Source: Octopus sinensis
Lineage: Eukaryota
Reading direction: 5' to 3'
Length of the DNA: 64,000 bases
NCBI RefSeq assembly: GCF_006345805.1
Contig: NC_042999.1
Span: 45,508,001-45,572,000, forward strand
The position numbers and the translations under genes were made by a program. Positions 36,660 through 50,250 of the stretch are shown one piece after another. The notes below the pieces were generated by a model, which saw only the letters and a program-made list of their open reading frames with translations, did not search any database and was not told where the DNA came from. Every line of letters begins with the position of its first letter. The first letter of the stretch is position 1.

Positions 36660-38650
36660 GCCCACAGCACGGAGGCCAGTCGATGCGGTACTGGCTACGG
36701 CCACGTTCGGATGGTTTTCTTATGTGCCACGTGCCACCGGCACTGGTACCACAAAGATACAAATTCCATTGATGTTCATCTATTTTGATTTGTTTTGATT
36801 TTGATTTGATTTTCACTTGCCTCAACAGGTCTTCACAAGTGTCACAAGAAGGAAGGTATGCACAGGTGGACTGACTACGTCCCAGGTAGGGGCCATGGGT
36901 TATGGCCTGACTAGTCTTGCCGGGTCTTCGGATGGTGTTTTTATGTGCCACCGACACAGGTGCTAGATGAGGCTGGCGAACGGCCACGATCGGATGGTGT
37001 TTGTCATGTGCCCACCGCACTGACTACGGCACTGATGGATTTCTTGTGTGCCACAGGCACTGGTACCACAAGATACAAATTCCATTGATGTTCATCTATT
37101 TTGTCTATTTTGATTTGATTTTCACTTGCCTCAACCGGTCTTCACAAGTGTCACAAGAAGGAAGGAAGGTATGCACAGGTGGACTGACTAGTCTTGCCGG
37201 ATCTTCGGAAGGTGTTTTTATGTGCCACCGACACAGGTGCCAGATGAGGCTGGCGAACGGCCATGATCGGATGGTGTTTGTTACGTGCCCACAGCACGGA
37301 GGCCGGTCGATGCGGAACTGGCTACGGCCACGTTCGGATGGTTCTCATGTGTGCCACCGGCACTGGTACCACAAAGTGTGTGCCACCGGCACTGGTACCA
37401 CAAAGATACAGATTCCATTGATGTTCATCTATTTTGATTTGTTTTGATTTGATTTTCACTTGCCTCAACAGGTCTTCACAAGTGTCACAAGAAGGAAGGT
37501 ATGCACAGGTGGACTGACTACGTCCCAGGTAGGGGCCATGGGTTATGGCCTGACTAGTCTTGCCGGGTCTTCGGATGGTGTTTTTATGTGCCACTGACAC
37601 AGGTGCTAGATGAGGCTGGCGAACGGCCACGATCGGATGGTGTTTGTCATGTGCCCACAGAACGGAGGCCAGTCGATGCGGTACTGGCTACGGCCACTTT
37701 CGGATGGTTTTCTCTTGTGTGCCACCGGCACTGGTACCACAAAGATACAAATTCCATTGATGTTCATCTATTTTGATTTGTTTTGATTTGATTTTGATTT
37801 GATTTTCACTTGCCTCAACAGGCCTTTGATTTTCACTTGCCTCAACAGGCCTTCACAAGTATCACAAGGAGGAAGGCATGCACAGGTGGACTGACTACGT
37901 CCCAGGTAGGGGCCATGGTTTATGGCCTGACTAGTCTTGCCGGGTCTTCGGAAGGTGTTTTTATGTGCCACCGACACAGGTGCTAGATGAGGCTGGCGAA
38001 CGGCCACGACCGGATGGTGTTTGTTATGTGCCCACAGCACGATGGCCAGTGATGCGGTACTGACTACGGCCACGATCGGATGGATTCTTGTGTGCCACCG
38101 GCACTGGTACCACAAGCGGTACTGACTACGGCCACGTTCGGATGGATTCTTGTGTGCCACCGCACTGGTACCACAAGCGGTACTGACTACGGCCACGTTC
38201 GGATGGATTCTTGTGTGCCACTGGCACTGGTACCACAAGGATACAAATTCCATTGATGTTCATCTATTTTGATTTGTTTTGATTTGATTTGATTTTCACT
38301 TGCCTCAGCAGGTCTTCACAAGTCGGAAGGTATGTACAGGTGGACTGACTACGTCCCAGGTAGGGCCCACGGGTTATGACCTGACTAGTCTTGCCGGGTC
38401 TTCGGATGGCGTTTTTATGTGCCACCATGTTCCCACAGCACGGAGGCCAGTCGATGCGGTACTGGCTACGGCCACGTTCGGATGGTTTTCTTGTGTGCCA
38501 CAGGCACTGGTACCACAAAGATACAAATTCCATTGATGTTCATCTATTTTGATTGATTTTCACTTGCCTCAGCAGGTCTTCACAAGTGTCACAAGAAGGA
38601 AGGTATGCACAGGTGGATCGACTACGTCCCAGGTAGGGGCCACGGGATAT
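36660..38650. repeat. Higher-order array, about six imperfect 280-500-bp units
   Basis: The landmark GATACA(A/G)ATTCCATTGATGTTCATCTATTTTG recurs at ~36757, 37072, 37405, 37744, 38240 and 38520. Confidence 0.9.
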
Positions 38651-38657
38651 GGCCTGA

Positions 38658-39152
38658 CTAGTCCTGCCGGGTCCTCTCATGCACAGCACACTTCCATAGG
38701 ACTCGGTCTTCAGTCATTTCCTTGGTGAGACCTAAAGTTCGAAGGTCGTGCTTCACCACCTCGTCCCAGGTTTTCCTGGGTCTACCTCTTCCACAGGTTC
38801 CCTCAACTGCTAGGTTGTAGCACTTTTGCACACAACTATCTTCAGCCATTCTCGTCACATGACCATACCAGCGCAGCCGTCTCTCTTGCACACCACAACT
38901 GACACTTCTTAGGTTCAACTTTTCTCTCAAAGTACTTACACTCTGACGATTATGAACACTGACATTACACATCCATCGGAGCATACTGGCTTCATTTCTT
39001 GCAAGCTTACGCATATCCTCAGCTGTCACGGCCCATGTTTCACTACCATGTAGCATGGCTGTACGTACACACGCATCATATAGTCTGCCTTTTACTCTTA
39101 GCGAGAGACCTTTTGTCACCAGCAGGGGTAAGAGCTCTCTAAACTTTGCCCA
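38658..39152 (-). pseudogene. RTE ORF2 C-terminal 164 codons, uninterrupted
   Basis: WAKFRELLPLL...LYDACVRTAMLHGSETWAV...RRLRWYGHVTRM...GRGRPRKTWDEVV...RVLWKCAV is the classic RTE post-RT region. Confidence 0.93.
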
Positions 39153-39419
39153 TATATATATATATATATGTCTATGTCCGTGTGTCTTTGTCTCTGTGTT
39201 TGTCCCCCACCACTGCTTGATGATTGGTCTTGGTGTATTTACATCCCTGTAACTTAGCGGTTCAGCACAAGGGACTGATAGAATAAGTATCACACTAAAA
39301 AAAAAGAATAAGTCTTGAAGTCTATTTGTTTGACTGAAAAAAAAAGTCTTTTCAAGGCAGTGCCCCAGCATGGCTGCAGTCTAATGACAAATGAAAAGCA
39401 AAAGATATATATATATTTA

Positions 39420-39600
39420 TCATCATCATCATCATGGTCAAGACAATGGAATTTACCATGCTACGCCAGACTTCACGGTCCATCATAGCATTACGGAGGT
39501 CCTGTTGCTGGATGCCTGTATCCCTGGAGATTACATCAGGGTAGGAGAGTGTGCGCCCTCTAGTATTGCGAGTAGATGGCTTCCAGAGGAGAAGAGCATC
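39420..39600 (-). mobile_element. 3' end of a second RTE-type LINE family
   Basis: The translation LLWKPSTRNTRGRTLSYPDVISRDTGIQQQDLRNAMMDREVWRSMV is followed by a (GAT)n tail. Confidence 0.75.
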
Positions 39601-39769
39601 TGGCTGTAGAAAGTATATATTTATGCGGAGGTATACTAAGTATGAACATGGTTCTTAATAGCAACATCCTCACCCACATAGTGTATATGTGATAGCTATG
39701 TGTCGACTATAGCGGACCATGTTTTGTAATATAACTTTGGTGTGTGTGTGTGATTTGATTATGTGTTAT

Positions 39770-40275
39770 CATCATCATTTAATATCTGTAAAGCTGTCCA
39801 ACTCATGCTGATATGGGTTGGACAGCTTTACAGGATTACAGGAGCTGGCAAAATCAACCAGGGGCTGCACCAGGTTCTATAGTCTGTTTTAGTTTGATTT
39901 CTACAATTGGATGCCATTCCTAACACCAACCACTTTACAGAGTGTACTAGGTGCTTTTTGTGTGACACCGTCACCAATGCTTTTTATCTGGCACCAGCAT
40001 CAGTGCTTTTTATGTGGAACTATCACCAGTGCTTTTAATGTGGCACCATCACCAGTGCTTTTAATGTGGCACCATCACCAGTACTTTTTATGTAGCACTA
40101 TCACCAATGTTTTTTACATGGTACCATTGCCCGTGCTTTTGACATGACATTGTCACCAGTGCTTTTTATATGGCACCAGCGCTTTTTATGTGAATTTGTA
40201 CCAGTACTTTCTACATGGTACCAGCACCAATGCTTTTTATGTTGCACCAGTGCTTTCTACGTGGCACCGGTACCA
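39770..40275 (-). mobile_element. Diverged RTE 3' end with a ~26-bp tandem array (~39950-40275)
   Basis: A (CAT)n tail and RTE body, then about 12 degenerate GTGCTTTTTATGTGGCACCATCACCA units. Confidence 0.8.
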
Positions 40276-41735
40276 ATAGACAAGCATAGCATTTATTATA
40301 CAACTATAACATTATGAAATCTAACAATATATGATCAATTATTGATTAGGAATGTAGAGCATTGATCCAGATAAAATTATTTTACTATTATTAGTGAAGT
40401 TGCTGGTGAAAGCAAAACGGTAATCATTATCACTTTAATGCCTACTTTTCCATGCTTGCATGGGTCAGATGAGAATATACTGGAGCTGAGCTTTCTACAG
40501 CCAGATGCTCTTCCTGACTGCTACTTCTAGCGAGCTGGATGACTATGTGAAAGCTTGCTCACTGGCTTGATAAGAAAGTAGTTAATGGGTTTCCTAAAAT
40601 TTCTTTTGTCCAGTCTGTTTAAGCCACTAACATTGATATTTACTTCCTATTTCTGTAAAGTTAATCTAATAATAGACAAGCATGTCTTTCCCAACACTGG
40701 TTTCTGTATTCTGATCATAAGACTCTCGTGTACTAATTAATCTAGAAAATTAGTAGTTGATCCATTGGTTGATTTTTCATTTTGATATGTTGAGTGTTAA
40801 TAAAAGTTCGAGAAATAGTTTTCCATTCATTGTTACTTCAACCATGCTCTAAAAATGATGGTAAAGGATGTTCTAAAAAGATTCCTTGTTTGAGTTCATT
40901 TTAGAATGAAGGGCAGGATCTTAACTAAGATACAAAACCACTTAATTGGAGTCTAGAGGGAAACTAGTTTGTAGAAATGATTTGCTAAACTTCAGAAAAG
41001 TTTTGCATATTTTTCACTTCTGCTTATAGATTGAACTAGTAGAGTATATATTTGTACATGCTTGGCTGTTTAGTTAAGAAGCTTGCTTCTCAAATGTGTT
41101 GTCTTGGATTTACTTCCACCACTGCACAGTACCTTGGGCAAGTGTTTTCTACTAGAGACCTGGACTGACCAAGCCTTGTGAGCGGATTTGGAAGACAGAA
41201 ACTGAAAGAAGCCCATTGTGTGTGTGTGTATAGATAGGTAGATAGATGTACCTACCAGTACCCTGGACTGATCAAAGCCTTGTGAATGGAGGAAACTGAA
41301 AGAAGACCATTGTGTGTGTATGAGTGGAAACATCTGAGGGTTGGAGACAGGAAAGAGCTTTGGCCATGGCAAATTCTTTGGCCTTGACAAATTCTGTCTG
41401 GTTCATGCAAGCATTTGTTTTTCTTTCCAATTGTTGACTAAAGTCTATCTGGGGAGAGATTACTATCTATAGGAATAAGACTTGCAGAGTGGAATGACTC
41501 TTTAAGTGCATCTCTCTGGCCTTTCTTAAGGGTAACACAATCACCATTTCTTATGATAGGATGATGAAATATTTGTATGACTCCTTGCAGTACTTTTTGT
41601 GATAAACATAACTATCAGGGTAAAAAGGAAAAACATAAATTGTAGGTTGTAAAGGAATATGTCATTATACACCTTGTAATTTTGACATTCTTATGTGTTT
41701 GTTGCAAAGCTGTCTGTCATATGGGTTACTGTATA

Positions 41736-41964
41736 TCTTTACTCTCTTTTACTCTTTTACTTGTTTCAGTCATTTGATTGCGGCCATGCTGGAGCACCGC
41801 CTTTAGTCGAGCAAATCGACCCCGGGACTTATTCTTTGTAAGCCCAGTACTTATTCTATCGGTCTCTTTTGCCGAACCGCTAAGTGACGGGGATGTAAAC
41901 ACACCAGCATCGGTTGTCAAGCAATGTTAGGGGAACAAACACAGACACACAAACACACACATGC

Positions 41965-41997
<33 letters not shown>

Positions 41998-42162
41998 TAC
42001 GACGGGCTTCTTTCAGTTTCCGTCAACCAAATCCACTCACAAGGCTTTGGTCGGCCTGAGGCTATAGTAGAAGACACTTACCCAAGGTGCCATGCAGTGG
42101 GACTGAACCCGGAACCATGTGGTTGGTAGATAAGCTACTTACCACACAGCCACTCCTGTGCC
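41736..42162 (-). mobile_element. SINE family A, full length and well conserved
   Basis: Close reverse complement of 9212-9634. Confidence 0.92.
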
Positions 42163-42328
42163 TATTGTATATTTTTTTTAGTGTGGCTGTATTGTTTTAG
42201 AAAGAACATCATACCACATGATATACTGATTGCATAGAATATTTTCTATAAAATATAATACAATTAATACATCTAGATGCTTATAGTATATTTGTCATAT
42301 TGTAGCAACCAATTACTCTTGGATTTAA

Positions 42329-42544
42329 TCCTTTAGCATTTAAACTGGACATATCCAACCCAAATAATCTGTTTTATGCTCAAACTGGACAGATCTGTCT
42401 CTCACGCCTACCCTATGTTGACATTCTAAAAGTATGTAAAAACATTGTTATAATCTCGAAGTTATGACGTTAAGTTTGACCAATCCAAAACAATGTAAAC
42501 AAACAAGTGTTAACATTTGACAGAGTAATTTGAATGTTGAAGTA
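42329..42544 (+). mobile_element. piggyBac-type MITE
   Basis: TTAA flanks and family homology. Confidence 0.7.
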
Positions 42545-42618
42545 TTAAATGTGCAATGTTTGGAATGTAATGTGATGCAGTGGTCATAAGTATAAAAGAG
42601 GCTACATTTAGACTAATA

Positions 42619-43014
42619 CTAGCAGTGTAGCCCAGTGTTGCTCGGGCTTGTTTTCTTTTTGACCCTTTAGAATTGGAATTTTTGAAAAGTAAAAATTTTG
42701 CATTATGTAGCTTGTTATTCTCTTTAAGTGAACATTTTTCTGGTTGAAATTCACTGAAAAATGGTGACACAGCAGTCAAAAAATCGTAAAAAATATGGAT
42801 TTTCATAGAAAAATGGCACCTTTTTGATGTAAATAATTTTTGGTGTTAACATGGTCTGATTTGAATTTTTTCTTCTACGGAAGGAAGAGCAAGCCTTCTT
42901 CTATCATGCTCTCGATTTTGGTCAATTTGCACTGTAGGGTCTCGGAGGAGATAGTGTTAGTTGAAGGCTACCAAACCTGCCATACACACAACTTCAGCTT
43001 TATATATATAGAGA
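42619..43014 (-). mobile_element. Non-autonomous Helitron, complete
   Basis: A|CTAG...GAGA|T on the plus strand, with the hairpin end preserved and no TSD. Confidence 0.85.
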
Positions 43015-44463
43015 TTGACACCATTCTCAAGTTCATGCATAACTATTTATTGGGATGCTACGTTAAATTAGATATTCTTATTCCTGTCCTTCTTATCATA
43101 CTTTATAGCTTCACAATACCTAACATAAAGCCGCTTCTCTCAATGCTGCACCCTCACCTAGTCTAGGTGTCTTGCCTTGTGAGTTATTTAGTGACATCGT
43201 TAGTACCATAAGAAAAAAACACTCAGTGCACTATGTGAAGTGGTTGGTCATTAGTACCATCAGAAAAAAAGTACTCTGTACACTTTGTGAAGTGGTTGAT
43301 GTTAGGAAGGGTATCCATCCATAAAACCATGCCAGAACAGACATTGGAGTTTGGTGCATTCCGCTCTGGTTTGTTGGTTCCTGTTGAACTGTTCAATCCA
43401 TGGTAAAACAGACGTTTCAATGATGATGATAACAAAACTTTTGAGGTTGTATGGTCACTGAAAATGTCTAGAACTGTTCACTCTGATGTTTAAAAACATT
43501 GTCAGTATATTTAAATTTTGATGTCATTCAGTAGATGCTGCTAAATGCTTTGATGTTATTTAGCAAATACATACAACACTAAAGGTCTGTCTGCTCTGAT
43601 ATCTAATTCTGTTTTATCTTCTGACACTGTCTCACAATATAATTGTCTTCATGAAAGCTTCCAGTTGATTTTAGGATATTACGTGGGTATATTTATACAT
43701 ACATACACACACACACACATGTATATATAGACATACACACACAAACACACATGAATGGGCTATATATGTTGAATTTAATGTATTATACTGTACATTTACA
43801 ATGTACAATTATTTTACACTGTCAGATTGGATAGTGTCCTTGATTAAAAGTACAGTACTGTATTCTTTCCTCTGTCTTTCGTAATGTAATTGTTAATATT
43901 AGCCACTCCTAACGTAACCTAACCTTAGTGTGAGTACCTATGGATAATTTTCAGTTTAAAATCAGACTTACCATGGATGATGAAGAGGTGTTGTTGATAT
44001 GCCGAGATTTTGAAATCTCGCTGCTTTTTGAAATCCATTAAGGCGAAGTCCGAAGTGCTGAGGTACGAGTGTATACATATATATATGAGTGGTCTATACA
44101 TATATATATATATATAAAAGGGATTTTACATGTAGATATAACTGGGGTACTTATGTGTACTCACGACTCTTGCTTTTGGTTTTTTCCATGAGTGCTTGTA
44201 AGTATTTCATTCATTTCTTATCGTATTTTCTACTGAAGAGGGAAAAATTCATAGGATTAATCCCGAAATGGATTCAATATAGAAATAACGAACTTTTAAA
44301 AAAAATTCTGTTAGCCCACTTTCCTCGATTTCAGCATGACATGTATCTATAGTGAATGTATATTATAAATGTGGAAATTGACGATTTAAAGTCTGTTCTC
44401 AGCATATTGGCATTGAAATAATTTTTTTATTGCCCTTGTTTATAAGTTATATATACACACACA

Positions 44464-45331
44464 CAGCATGTGGTGAATATATTGTTATCTAAATTACGCA
44501 AAAATGAAAATAACTCGGACATTTTTTTAACATTTACCAAAATTGCATAAAAATATCTTGAAATACTAAAGAGTAAATATTTTCAGTAAAATCGCCAATG
44601 GCTTCAACCATAGCCTCTGGATAACTTAAGAATCTCCTGCAACTCTTCTGGATGGTCTCCTTGTTTAAGTTGGTGAATGCTGCCATGATCCTTGCCTTCA
44701 GTTTATCTTTGGTCTTACAAGGAGTTTTGTTGGCCTTTCGCTCAACTGTGCCCACACATAATAATCAAAAGGGTTGCAAGTCTGGGGAGTTAGGTGGCTA
44801 GATATAAGGAGTGATGTGGTCACAGGAATTGTCTGACAGCCACGACTGGGTTCCCCTGCTTGTGTGGCATGGTACAGAGTTCTATTGCCAGACAGGGTCT
44901 TCCAGTAGCCATCCTGTTGACCCAGGGTAGTACTACCTCCTCCATGCACTTGATAGAGGACTCCATGTTGAGTGCGAGGCTGTGTGGGAAGCTAAATGGA
45001 GGCATAACATCGCCATCACGAGTGATCACTCCTAACTCCATGATGTGGACCGGATGGTTGATTTTTTTTTTATCACTCTTGTTACATGTTCTTGGATTGC
45101 ATTGTCCTCAGATTGACACCCAAATACTCTGAAATGTTCATACTGGAGCTTCTGGCATGAATGCCAAGCAGTACAACACATTTCTAAGTTTCTGGTTGAG
45201 TGAATTGCATCATGATGCGGTTTTTCTCACAGATGGTGCCCAACTGATCCTACTATACTATGTAGTCAACAAAATCAAAAACAAACAATGCATATGTACA
45301 AAATTAAAAGTATAAAATGGCAAGAATTTAT
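44464..45331 (-). mobile_element. Internally deleted Tc1/mariner element, maT/DD37D-like (boundaries approximate)
   Basis: The N-terminal MMQFTQPET*KCVVLLGIHA piece is joined to GVITRDGDVMPPFSFP..., CNPFDYYVW and VERKANKTPCKTKDKLKARIMAAF, with frameshifts. Confidence 0.8.
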
Positions 45332-45989
45332 CCATGGTCTATATATACATATTATATATATATATATATATATTTTCAATATGTATAGCTTTCTGTCAGT
45401 CTGCCTATTTGTCTGTCTGTTATATTACAAACGTGAATATACAAACATGCTTAAATGCACATACGCAACATGCACATATATGCCCTCTGTATAACTATTT
45501 CTATACCTGCATGTGCTCAATATAACTCACGTACACACTTGTGACATTTATACATATATATATTCAAGCATGTATAATTTTAAGAAAATTTGAATATTTT
45601 CTGCTTAACATCTCAGTAGTGAAGCATAAATCCAGAAAACCATGCCTTGAATAAGATCATTTTGTCTTTGTTTGAATTTTACATTTATATATGCATGTAT
45701 ATATATATATGAAACATTATTCTACATGATATAAAATTCAAATATGTATTGACAATTTTACATGATGCAAGATTCAAACTGAAGGAAAATAATCCTTAAA
45801 TTCTCAAATGCCGTTTTCTGGTTTTTATTTCTCATTAATAAATCAGTGAAGGGGAAAATACGTTTCAATTTGGTTGGAAAAAATTGCACATAGGTACTAT
45901 GTGAGCATAAATTTATGTATGTGCAAATGGGTATGTGCTTATTTATGGATGTAAGGATAGACGCACACATGTATACATACACATGTATT

Positions 45990-46051
45990 ATGTGCGTGTA
46001 TGTATCTGTATATTTGTCTATCTATCTATCTATCTATTCATCTATCTATTC

Positions 46052-46093
<42 letters not shown>

Positions 46094-46185
46094 ATCTATC
46101 TATTTATCTATCTATCTATTTATCTATATCTATTTATTTATCTATCTATCTATCTATTTATATCTATCTATATCTATTTATCTAT

Positions 46186-46252
<67 letters not shown>

Positions 46253-46256
46253 ATCT

Positions 46257-46294
<38 letters not shown>

Positions 46295-46370
46295 TATATA
46301 TACATGTCTATCTATATTATATATCTGTCTATATCTATCGATAGTATATATATCTATATATCTATGTATG
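45990..46370. repeat. (TATC)n / GATA-type microsatellite grading into (TA)n
   Basis: Direct reading of the sequence. Confidence 0.97.
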
Positions 46371-47059
46371 TATGTATGTATGTGTATATTTGTTTTTTAC
46401 TAAAGCAAAAGTTCACTGTATACCCTTGTATAAGAAATGTGTAACATCTATTATGTGTATGTGTGCATGGTATCTAGAATTATGCACCCACATGAAAAGG
46501 TTTCTCGTAGTCAGTCTTGGTTTGGTAAATCTACTCATAAGGAATCTGAATTAGCATGTATCAAGTGAGTTATATACAATGCAGTTGATGCTTACATGCA
46601 TATATAGACAGATTAACGTTTGTATATGCATGTGTGTGTATGTGTGTGTGCATGTGTGTATCATCATCACCATCATCATTTCGATCAGTGTTTTAATGTC
46701 TGTTTTTCCTGTGCCAACATGAATTATGAGTTGGAAGAAACTTCTTAAGAGCAGTATGCTATGGTTTGAGGCCCCTCTTGATGCTAACCATTTGTCTTCA
46801 AGTAAGGCACATTATTCTATGTATTTGCAGTTTAAACAACTAATAGTCATTTTTATTATGGGTCACATGAACAAGGTCACAATGACCCAAGTGCTCTCAG
46901 TGCAAAAAAACGCATGGAGACAAATACACACATGCATACATGTATACATATACACTTACTTATACACTTATGTGCGTGTGCGTGTAGGGCATAGTGAGAT
47001 TAATAACCTGGCGTAGAACTCAATGTACCTACAGTGCAGAACACAGAGTTAGATGAGTA

Positions 47060-47550
47060 TAGAGTGGTAAAGAGATGACACTGGAAAAATCAAATGTTAT
47101 ACAGGCAATGACGAAAGACCGAGACCTCTGGAGATATGCTGTGACTGCGAAGACCCGGCAAATAAAGTGAGTTCACAGCTGTATCCTACACCAGTGTCGC
47201 ATAACCACCCCAGCCCATTCAAAAGTACCTTGGATCGTGGGTGACCTGCTGTGCTTGAGGAGACCTATTGAGTCAAGTACATCAACATCAAAATGAAAAT
47301 CAAATGGAAATTGTAGCTGTGATACCTGTGCCTGTGGCATGTAAAAAGCACCATCTGAACGTGGCCAAAGACAGCGCCACCTTGACTGGCTTCTGTGCCA
47401 GTGGCATGTAAAAAGCACCAACCAATCATGGCCATTGCCAGCCTCCTCTGGCCCCTGTGCTGGTGGCATGTAAAAAGCACCCACTACACTCATGGAATGG
47501 TTGGTGTTAGGAAGGGCATCCAGACACCAGTCGAACCGTCAACCCATGCC
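47060..47550 (+). mobile_element. RTE LINE 3' end, sense orientation, with the ORF2 end and an unexpanded 3-module UTR
   Basis: MTKDRDLWRYAVTAKTRQIK* is followed by three GGCATGTAAAAAGCACC modules. Confidence 0.85.
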
Positions 47551-49029
47551 ATATATATATGCGTATGTGTGTGTCTGTGAGTGGTTGTATGTTTGTATCT
47601 CCTTGTCTTGACATTGTATGATAGCTGTAAATAATCGCCACTACTCTACAGGCAGTATCATTCATTTCAATGTTGTGCAAGAACATGTCTGGCTAGCAGG
47701 AGAAATATTACCTTGCTTGGAAACAGGTGAGGGTTGGTCACAGGAAGGGAGATTGACCATAGAAAAATCTGCCTCAATGAACTCCATCTGAGCCATGCAG
47801 GCATGACAGTGTGGATGTTAAAGAAATGATGATGATGATGATGATGTATGCTTTGTTTCACTGATTTATTTATTCATAAGAGGATAAATTTCCAGTTAGA
47901 ATACTTATATGATCTACATGTTAAAGGGACAAACAATTGAGGGGACCCCCTCCCCCACTATAGTTACTCAACCTGCTAGAAATAGCAACTGTACATTCTT
48001 GAAACTACATGTTACCATCTTAGAAAAGAGCATATTGGATCATATTAATCCAAAATATTCTATTTCTGAAAAAAAAAAGAAAAGAAAAAAAAATGGAAGG
48101 TTTATCATGCTTGGCTTTGCTTTGATCATTCATATATGACGGCTGATTTGGGGGTGAAACAACATGATGAAGAGCTAAATCTTATTTATTAAGAGTAGTA
48201 ATACATGGATGACGGTCTGTTGTTATTGGAAGACATCAAAGAAAATTATATTTTGCATGTCTATATTTCTAGGAAGAGTTGGATGAAAATATATTGATTT
48301 TTACAGCTCAATTTTTTGGTTTGTTTTGTAGCTGTATTCACACGGCATTTCAAACAATCAACTTTTATTTTGTTCTCTACTTGTTACATAGTATTTTGGA
48401 AAAGGAAGGAACATTTTTATGCATCTATCTACACCTGTCTCTCTGCTTGGACTTCTCCTTTTGTTTATTTTAAGTTGTAACCGATTTTCATTTTCCGACT
48501 TAAGCGTTAATTGATTTTTGTAAAATTGGTTTTGAATACAATGATATGCGTATTTATTCTTAATATATTTGAGCAGATTTGAAAGCAAATATGCTAGTCA
48601 CTCTTGTGTGTGTCACAGGAGGACAACTTTATGACAATGTGCTCATAAGACAGCTCATTGGTACAAAGGATTCTGGGACACTAGTGTTTCAACATGTGTT
48701 GTGTGCCTTGTAGCTTAATCGGGATTCTGCGATATGATTGTACCTCTGGTGCAGATATATCTGTAAAGAAGTTTGCTTCACAGTTATATAATTTTGGATT
48801 CAGTTTCATGCAAGGCACCTTGGGCAATGGACTTCTAGTGTTACCCTGTTGGATAAATTGGATTTGTGGTCAACTTTGCTATTCATATTTCTGGGTGATA
48901 TAAAATAAGAACTACACAAAATTAGAGTCAATTAAAGTAACTTCTCTCCATCCACCTAAATTTGTTGCCTTGTTCCTCTGTTACAAACTGTTTTTATGGT
49001 AACTCTCTTTAAGACGACAAGATCATAAA

Positions 49030-49460
49030 ATTGTTAGCATGCCAGACAAATTGTTTCATGACATTTCTCTCAGCTTTACCCTCTAAGCTCAAAGCCATTG
49101 GGGTTGGCTTTGCCCTTCATCCTTTCGAGGTCAGTAAAATAAGTCCCGGTTGTGTATTAGAGTTGATGCAATCAACTAACCCCCTCCCTCACAATGTCAG
49201 GCCTTGTGACTATAGTAGAAAAGATTATAATTTTCTTTAAGGTGGCAAGCTGGTAGAATCATCAGTGTACCAGACAAGAGGATATTCCATGACATTTATT
49301 CTGACTCATTACATTCTGAGTTCAAACTGGACTGAGATTGAGTTTGGCTCTCATCCTTTAGGAGTCAATTAAATAAGTACCAGTTAAGTTCTGAGGTTGA
49401 TGTAATCAATTTGTTGCCACCCTTCAAAATTATTGGCCTTGTGCCAAAATTAAAACGAAT
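49030..49460 (+). mobile_element. Two tandem diverged SINE family B copies
   Basis: Repeated TTTGCC/GGCTCTCATCCTTT...AAATAAGT...GATGTAATC blocks. Confidence 0.7.
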
Positions 49461-49952
49461 TGTTTTAACTTTGTTTGACAGTTTTGTTATTTAGTCCTGA
49501 TTGAGCAAATGTACAAAAAGTGTTCCAGCTATGACCACACCATCTTTTATTCAAATTTATAGTACCTAGGTTATATAATGTTTCCTTTCATTTTAAAGAC
49601 AGTGAGGCATAAATTGGCTACTCTTTCTAGCAACTTGAGCAACTACTTGTAGGCTCCCTCATCAGCTCATTTTCACTATATTTTGACATCTTTGGTAATG
49701 AATATATGTATGATTTATAAAGAGTTTATTCAGATACTTTACACATAGCTTATTGTTGCTGGGCAGTTGGATTGTAAACATGTTTCTGCCACTAGAAATG
49801 GGAATAAAAAGTGATTGTAATTTTAGATACACAGGTTCATTAAATGCAGGTTTGGATGACTTCCTTCAGTATTCAAAAGTTGAATTTATCCAATGATAGT
49901 TACAAATATCTGAAGAAAAATCGTATATTACTTCTTTATATGCATACATACA

Positions 49953-50250
<298 letters not shown>

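Larger units (their letters stand above)
36170..39152 (-). mobile_element. 5'-truncated RTE-clade LINE with a massively expanded 3'UTR, inserted in the microsatellite hinge of a SINE A
   Basis: (GAT)n tail at 36170-36190, tandem modules at ~36340-38650 and the ORF2 end at 38658-39152. The SINE A left half is at ~36010-36165 and the right half at ~39160-39410. Confidence 0.92.

Noticed and set aside
36207-38536. Multiple 60-160-aa ORFs on both strands
   Set aside because: These are translations of the tandem 3'UTR modules. They overlap in several frames and have no domain signal.
36347-38650. CRISPR-like appearance of regularly repeated palindromic units
   Set aside because: The units are contiguous tandem repeats without unique spacers, lie inside a LINE 3'UTR, and have no cas genes nearby. 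The context is eukaryotic.
38658-39371. 237-aa ORF as an intact gene
   Set aside because: Only 38658-39152 is RTE ORF2. The N-terminal ~70 codons are read-through from a SINE half and a (TA)n tract.
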